From contig DVNY01000176.1 of NCBI GenBank assembly GCA_018714085.1, forward strand, positions 388-64,387: DNA of 64,000 nt, read 5' to 3'. Shown here in pieces: positions 59,186 through 64,000 of the stretch. Made by a program: the position numbers and the translations under genes. Origin of the DNA: Candidatus Caccomonas pullistercoris (lineage in GTDB: Bacteria > Bacteroidota > Bacteroidia > Bacteroidales > Bacteroidaceae). How positions within the stretch are numbered: the stretch's first letter is position 1; each line of letters begins with the position of its first letter. The notes beneath the pieces are model-generated. The model was not told the DNA's origin, did not search any database, and saw only the letters and a program-made list of their open reading frames with translations.

Positions 59186-60154
59186 TCATTCAACGTGGCA
59201 GTCGCCGTCCGGATGGAAGCCGCGCAGGAAGTCAGCGATGGGCATGCGGCGCTTTCCGGCTATCTGGACGTCGGTGAGTGCGACGTAGCCGTCGGCAACA
59301 GCGATTCTCATCCGGCTTTGGCCGTCGGTTTCCACTTGGCCCGGGGCCGCTGTGGGCGTGCAGAATTGTTTTTCGCAAGCGTAGACTTTTAGAGTCGATA
59401 CCTTTCCGCCGTGATGCAGCTCTGTCCATGCTGCCGGATAGGGGGAGAGCCCTCGCACGAAGTCGTAGACGCTTTTTGCTCCGTGCTGCCAGTTGATGCG
59501 GCAGGTTTCTTTGAAAATCTTGGGCGCACCGTGGAGTTCCGTGCCGGGTGCGAGTTCGCGTTGAGGGACGGACGTGACCGTGCCGTCGAGGATGCGGTCG
59601 ACTGTTTCGGTGACAAGGCGTGCGCCGAGGAGCATGAGGCGGTCGTGCACGTCGCCGGCGGTGTCGCTGTCGGCTATGGGGACGCGCACTTGCTGTATGA
59701 CGTCGCCCGTGTCGATTTCATGTTTCAAGAAGAATGTAGTGATGCCCGTTTCTGTCTCACCGTTGATGACAGCCCAATTGATGGGCGCTGCGCCGCGGTA
59801 CTGCGGCAGGAGCGAGGCGTGGAGGTTGAAGGTTCCCAAGCGGGGCATGGCCCATACCACTTCGGGCAACATGCGGAAAGCTACGACGATTTGCAGGTCG
59901 GCACGTAGGGCACGCAACTCTTCGACAAACTCCGGGTCTTTCAGCTTGACGGGTTGGAGCACTTTCAGTCCTTTGTCAGTGGCATAGGTCTTCACAGGGC
60001 TTGGACGCAGGTCGCTTTGGTGGCGTCCGATGGCTTTGTCGGGCATGGTGACGACCCCGACCACGTTGTATCCGCCCTCGACAAGGGCACGCAGGCTCTC
60101 GACGGCAAAATCGGGAGTACCCATATAGACGATGCGCAGGTCTTCTTTCTTCAT
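59186..60154 (-). CDS. fmt: Methionyl-tRNA formyltransferase
   Basis: YMGTPDFAV, NLHASLLPQYRGAAPINWA, IDTGD, GLSPYPAAW; start at 60154. Confidence 0.97.
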   Translation of the reverse strand: MKKEDLRIVYMGTPDFAVESLRALVEGGYNVVGVVTMPDKAIGRHQSDLRPSPVKTYATDKGLKVLQPVKLKDPEFVEELRALRADLQIVVAFRMLPEVVWAMPRLGTFNLHASLLPQYRGAAPINWAVINGETETGITTFFLKHEIDTGDVIQQVRVPIADSDTAGDVHDRLMLLGARLVTETVDRILDGTVTSVPQRELAPGTELHGAPKIFKETCRINWQHGAKSVYDFVRGLSPYPAAWTELHHGGKVSTLKVYACEKQFCTPTAAPGQVETDGQSRMRIAVADGYVALTDVQIAGKRRMPIADFLRGFHPDGDCHVE

Positions 60155-60174
60155 GGTGGCAGTGGTGGTTTGGT

Positions 60175-61971
60175 TTATTCTTCTGAGAAATCGACGAGCA
60201 CCTTGCGGTAGGAACTGTAAAGGTGCTCCTTGGTGATGAAGCCGACGAAGACGCGGCGTGCGTCGACGACGGGGAGGACGTCGGCACCTGTGTCTTCGAA
60301 TTGTTGCATGACGGCCGACATCGGGTCGTCGGTTGTCAGGACGGTTGTCGCCGGTTTCATGAGTTGTTGTGCCGTATAATAGCGGTACAGTTCCTGTCGG
60401 AAGGCGATTTTCCGGATATCCTTGAACTCTATGACGCCGAGCAGCGAGCCTTTCCCGTCGGTGACGGCAAACACGCTCGACTGGCTCGTGGCGATGAGTC
60501 GCACAATGCGGCCCAAGTCCATGTCGGGGGCGATGCGCGGGGTCGTCTTGTCGATGATCGAATCGAGCGTCATGAGCGTCAGGATGGAGCGGTCCTTGTG
60601 ATGGGTGAGCAACTGGCCGGTGCGGGCAAGGCGCATGGCATAGATGCTGTGCGGCTCGAAAATGTTGATCGTCAGGTAGGCCGAAACGGAAACAATGATG
60701 AGCGGGATGAAAAGGTCGTATCCTCCGGTCAGTTCGGCGATGAGGAACACGCCGGTCAAGGGAGCGTGGAACACTCCGCTCATCAGGCCCGCCATACCCA
60801 AGAGGGCATAGTTGGTCTCGGGCACGTGGATGCCCAGCAGGTCGATGCGGTTCCACATCCGTGCAAAGATGAAGCCGCCCACGCAACCCAGGAAGAGGCT
60901 CGGGGCGAACGTACCGCCACATCCGCCGCCGCCATTGGTGGCCGTTGTGGCGAACACTTTGAACACAACGATCAGGGCGAGGTATAGTAGCAGATACTCC
61001 GGATGGCCGTAGAACATGGAGTTGTTAAGCACCTTGTCCCAGTCGCTGACGTTGTCGCCGCCAATCAGCATGGTGATGGTGGAATATCCCTCGCCGTAGA
61101 GCGGCGGAAAGAAGTAGATAAGTACGGCGAGCACCGTGCCGCCCAGGGCCAGCCGTCGGTATAGTCCTTTCATCCGGCTGAACACCTGCTCAAAGGCATT
61201 CATCGCCCGCGTGAAGTAGAGGGCGATGAGGCCGCAGAAAATGCCCAGCAGGATGGACGAAGGGATGCGTTCGACTGAAAAGGGGTCGTGCAGTTCGAAC
61301 GAGAAGAGGGCGCCCGTCCCGCTGAGGGCGTAGGTGACGCATGTGGCCGTCACGCTCGAAATGAGCAAGGGCAGGAGCGATGCCATGGTCAGGTCGATCA
61401 TTAGCACTTCGAGCGTAAAGACAAGCCCGGCAATAGGCGCCTTGAATATGCCGGCCACCGCCCCAGATGCCCCGCAGCCGATAAGGAGCATCAGGGTCTT
61501 GTGGTCGAGTTTGAAGATGCGCCCCAGGTCTGACCCGATGGCCGACCCGGTCAGCACAATGGGTGATTCGGCTCCGACCGAGCCGCCGAAACCGATGGTG
61601 AGAGCCGAGGCGATGACGCTCGACCAGCAGTTGTGTCGCCGGATGTGGCCCTGACGGCGCGAGATGGCGTAGAGGATTTTCGTGACGCCGTGCCCGATGT
61701 CGTCGCGCACGACGTATTTGATGAACAGTGCCGTGAGGTAAATGCCCACGACAGGATAGACAAGAAACAGCCAGTTGGCTCCCGTCACGTCAAACCTGTC
61801 CGTCAAGATGAGCTCTATCTCGTGAATGAGGAATTTAAGGATGAAAGCGGCCAATGCTGTCGCGATGCCCACGAAAAAACTGAGCATGAGGATGACTTGG
61901 CGTTGGCTGAGGTGGCGTTCAACCCAGAGGATGAGCGGACTGTGTGGTGCGGCTGTCTGTGTCTGTGCCAT
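60175..61971 (-). CDS. ClC chloride channel/antiporter with C-terminal CBS domains
   Basis: GGSVGAESP, FKAPIAGLVF.LE, GG.FAPSLF.G, APLTGVFLIAELTGGY; CBS-like tail; start at 61971. Confidence 0.93.
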   Translation of the reverse strand: MAQTQTAAPHSPLILWVERHLSQRQVILMLSFFVGIATALAAFILKFLIHEIELILTDRFDVTGANWLFLVYPVVGIYLTALFIKYVVRDDIGHGVTKILYAISRRQGHIRRHNCWSSVIASALTIGFGGSVGAESPIVLTGSAIGSDLGRIFKLDHKTLMLLIGCGASGAVAGIFKAPIAGLVFTLEVLMIDLTMASLLPLLISSVTATCVTYALSGTGALFSFELHDPFSVERIPSSILLGIFCGLIALYFTRAMNAFEQVFSRMKGLYRRLALGGTVLAVLIYFFPPLYGEGYSTITMLIGGDNVSDWDKVLNNSMFYGHPEYLLLYLALIVVFKVFATTATNGGGGCGGTFAPSLFLGCVGGFIFARMWNRIDLLGIHVPETNYALLGMAGLMSGVFHAPLTGVFLIAELTGGYDLFIPLIIVSVSAYLTINIFEPHSIYAMRLARTGQLLTHHKDRSILTLMTLDSIIDKTTPRIAPDMDLGRIVRLIATSQSSVFAVTDGKGSLLGVIEFKDIRKIAFRQELYRYYTAQQLMKPATTVLTTDDPMSAVMQQFEDTGADVLPVVDARRVFVGFITKEHLYSSYRKVLVDFSEE

Positions 61972-61972
61972 G

Positions 61973-62548
61973 TTATTCTCTGATAATCTTGACTTCTCCG
62001 TTTGCTGCCAACTTGATGATGGAAGAGGGGCGGGCAGGGGTGTGATCGTCGCGCCTCGACGTGCAGACGTAGTCGACGGCTTGTTTGATGCTTTCCGGGA
62101 TGTCGTCGAAGGTGGCCGGCGAGGGCTCACCGCTCAGGTTGGCCGATGTGGAGACGATGGGGCGATGAAAGCGCAGGCAGAGCTCTCTGCTGAATGCTTC
62201 GCGCGTCAGGCGGATGGCTACGCTGCCGTCTTCGGCCAGCAGGTTAGGAGCCAAGTGGCGCGCTCCGTCGTAGATGATGGTCAGCGGGCGTGTGCTGCAA
62301 TCGATGAGTTGCCATGCCACGTCGGGGACTTCGCGGACGTAGCCTTGGATCTTGGCTTCCGAGTCGACGAGCGTGATGAGCGCCTTGGCATCGGCGCGGT
62401 GCTTGATGGCGTATACGCGGCTGACGGCCTCCTCGTTCGTGGCGTCGCACCCTATTCCCCAGATGGTGTCCGTCGGGTAGAGGATTACGCCTCCCCGATT
62501 TAGCACGTCGAGAGCGCGTCTGATGTCTTCTTTCATTGCTTTGTCCAT
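61973..62548 (-). CDS. tsaC: L-threonylcarbamoyladenylate synthase (Sua5/YrdC/TsaC)
   Basis: ILYPTDTIWGIGCDA, K.R..K, PIVSTSANLSG, PSSII; start 62548 or 62536. Confidence 0.93.
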   Translation of the reverse strand: MDKAMKEDIRRALDVLNRGGVILYPTDTIWGIGCDATNEEAVSRVYAIKHRADAKALITLVDSEAKIQGYVREVPDVAWQLIDCSTRPLTIIYDGARHLAPNLLAEDGSVAIRLTREAFSRELCLRFHRPIVSTSANLSGEPSPATFDDIPESIKQAVDYVCTSRRDDHTPARPSSIIKLAANGEVKIIRE

Positions 62549-62561
62549 GGCTGTGACAGTT

Positions 62562-64000
62562 TCAGAATTCACTGGTGAAGTGGAATTTGATATGCTCAAA
62601 GTCAGCCTGCGCCATTTGAAGCACGTAGTTGCTGTCGGCAAGGAACACGTCGCGCCCCTCGCGGTCTTTGGCCATATACTGGTACTTCCGCTTCTTGAAG
62701 GCGTCGAGTTGGGCGGGATCATCGCTCTCTATCCAGCACGCCTTGTAGAGACTGACAGGTTCCCAACGGCATTTGGCGTTATACTCGTTCTCCAAGCGGT
62801 ATTGGATGACCTCGAACTGCAACTGGCCGACGGTCCCGATGATTTTGCGGTTGTTGAACTGGTTGACGAATAACTGGGCGACGCCCTCGTCCATGAGCTG
62901 CTCGATCCCCTTGTTGAGCTGCTTCGTCTTCATAGGGTCGGCGTTCTCAATATATTTGAACATCTCAGGCGAGAAGCTGGGCAAGCCGCGGAAGTGTAAC
63001 TGTTCGCCTTCGGTGAGGGTATCGCCGATTTTGAAGATGCCGTTGTCGGGCAGGCCGACGATGTCGCCCGGCCATGCTTCGTCGATTGTGCTCTTGCGTT
63101 GAGCCATGAATTGCGTTGGCGAGGAGAACCTGACCGTCTTCTCCTGCCGCACGTGAAGATAGGGAGCATTGCGGACAAAGCGGCCGCTGCACACCTTGCA
63201 AAAGGCGATGCAGGAGCGGTGATTGGGGTCGATGTTGGCCGTAATCTTGAAGATGAAGCCCGTGAACTTGCTCTCTTCGGGTTTCACGACGCGCTCTTCG
63301 GCTTGCGTGGGGCGCGGCGAGGGCGCAATCTTGACGAAACAGTCGAGCAGCTCTTTAACACCGAAATTGTTGAGGGCTGAGCCGAAGAAAACGGGAGCTA
63401 CATCAGCCGCAAGATAATCGTTGACGTCGAATTCCGGGTAGACTCCGGAGACGAGTTCCAAGTCTTCGCGCAGTTTGGCGGCGTCGTTTGGTCCTACGTG
63501 CGCTTCGAGTGCGTCGCTGTGGATGTCGACTTCGACTTTCTCCGTCACTTTCTGCTTGTCGGGGGCGAAGAGGTCGAGCTTCTGTTCATAGATGTTGTAG
63601 ACACCTTTGAAGCGCTGGCCTTGGTTGATGGGCCATGAGAGTGGGCGGACACTGATTTGGAGCTCTTGTTCGAGCTCATCGAGAAGGTCGAACGGGTCTT
63701 TGCCCTCGCGGTCCATTTTGTTGATAAAAATGATAACGGGGGTCTTGCGCATCCGGCAGACCGTCATGAGTTTGCGTGTCTGTGCTTCGACGCCTTTGGC
63801 ACTGTCCACGACGATGATGGCGCTGTCCACGGCAGTGAGCGTGCGGAAGGTGTCTTCCGCGAAGTCCTGGTGGCCAGGCGTGTCGAGAATGTTGACTTTG
63901 TAGCCGTCGTAGTCGAATTCCATGACGGACGTCGTGACCGAGATGCCGCGCTGTTTCTCGATTTCCATCCAGTCGCTGGTGGCCGTCTTCTTTATCTTGT
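62562..64000 (-). CDS. prfC: Peptide chain release factor 3 (5' end outside the window)
   Basis: [47 protein letters not shown]; frame stays open to the window edge. Confidence 0.97.
   Translation of the reverse strand, partial: KIKKTATSDWMEIEKQRGISVTTSVMEFDYDGYKVNILDTPGHQDFAEDTFRTLTAVDSAIIVVDSAKGVEAQTRKLMTVCRMRKTPVIIFINKMDREGKDPFDLLDELEQELQISVRPLSWPINQGQRFKGVYNIYEQKLDLFAPDKQKVTEKVEVDIHSDALEAHVGPNDAAKLREDLELVSGVYPEFDVNDYLAADVAPVFFGSALNNFGVKELLDCFVKIAPSPRPTQAEERVVKPEESKFTGFIFKITANIDPNHRSCIAFCKVCSGRFVRNAPYLHVRQEKTVRFSSPTQFMAQRKSTIDEAWPGDIVGLPDNGIFKIGDTLTEGEQLHFRGLPSFSPEMFKYIENADPMKTKQLNKGIEQLMDEGVAQLFVNQFNNRKIIGTVGQLQFEVIQYRLENEYNAKCRWEPVSLYKACWIESDDPAQLDAFKKRKYQYMAKDREGRDVFLADSNYVLQMAQADFEHIKFHFTSEF

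Overview
GC-rich Bacteroidales chromosome segment, probably Prevotellaceae-like (fused lpxC-fabZ, SusC/SusD pairs, TAnnTTTG promoter boxes). Left to right: S9 peptidase, purT, an ECF sigma factor followed by a 50-aa ORF missing from the ORF track, a DHH/NrnA nuclease, a 3-gene polysaccharide flippase/Fe-S oxidoreductase/pyruvyl-transferase module, an RND efflux operon, a TIGR01212-type radical SAM gene, and an 18-kb fasciclin-SusC-SusD-fasciclin-fasciclin-SusC-SusD uptake locus with no CAZymes. Next comes a housekeeping cluster (lpxD, lpxC-fabZ, lpxA, miaA, PBP1, HD protein, pyrF, prfA, purM, lemA, aroE, ubiE/menG, purC, phoH), then fmt, a ClC channel, tsaC and a 5'-truncated prfC. I found no rRNA, tRNA, CRISPR array, integrase or transposase. 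The most interesting signals are non-coding. (1) An 84-85 bp structured element with covarying stems occurs at 6 loci, always ending on the -7 promoter box of a gene, duplicating that box and sometimes forming tandem arrays. (2) A dispersed 21-bp-period palindromic repeat family, core (T/G)GACAG-N6-CTGTC(A/C). (3) The lpxD-miaA block appears inverted relative to the usual Bacteroidales gene order, with a 15-bp inverted repeat in the two required breakpoint intervals. (4) A 4x TTCACGWCGTGAA operator-like array. Family assignments come from motif recognition by eye, and synteny statements are recalled; neither was checked by search.
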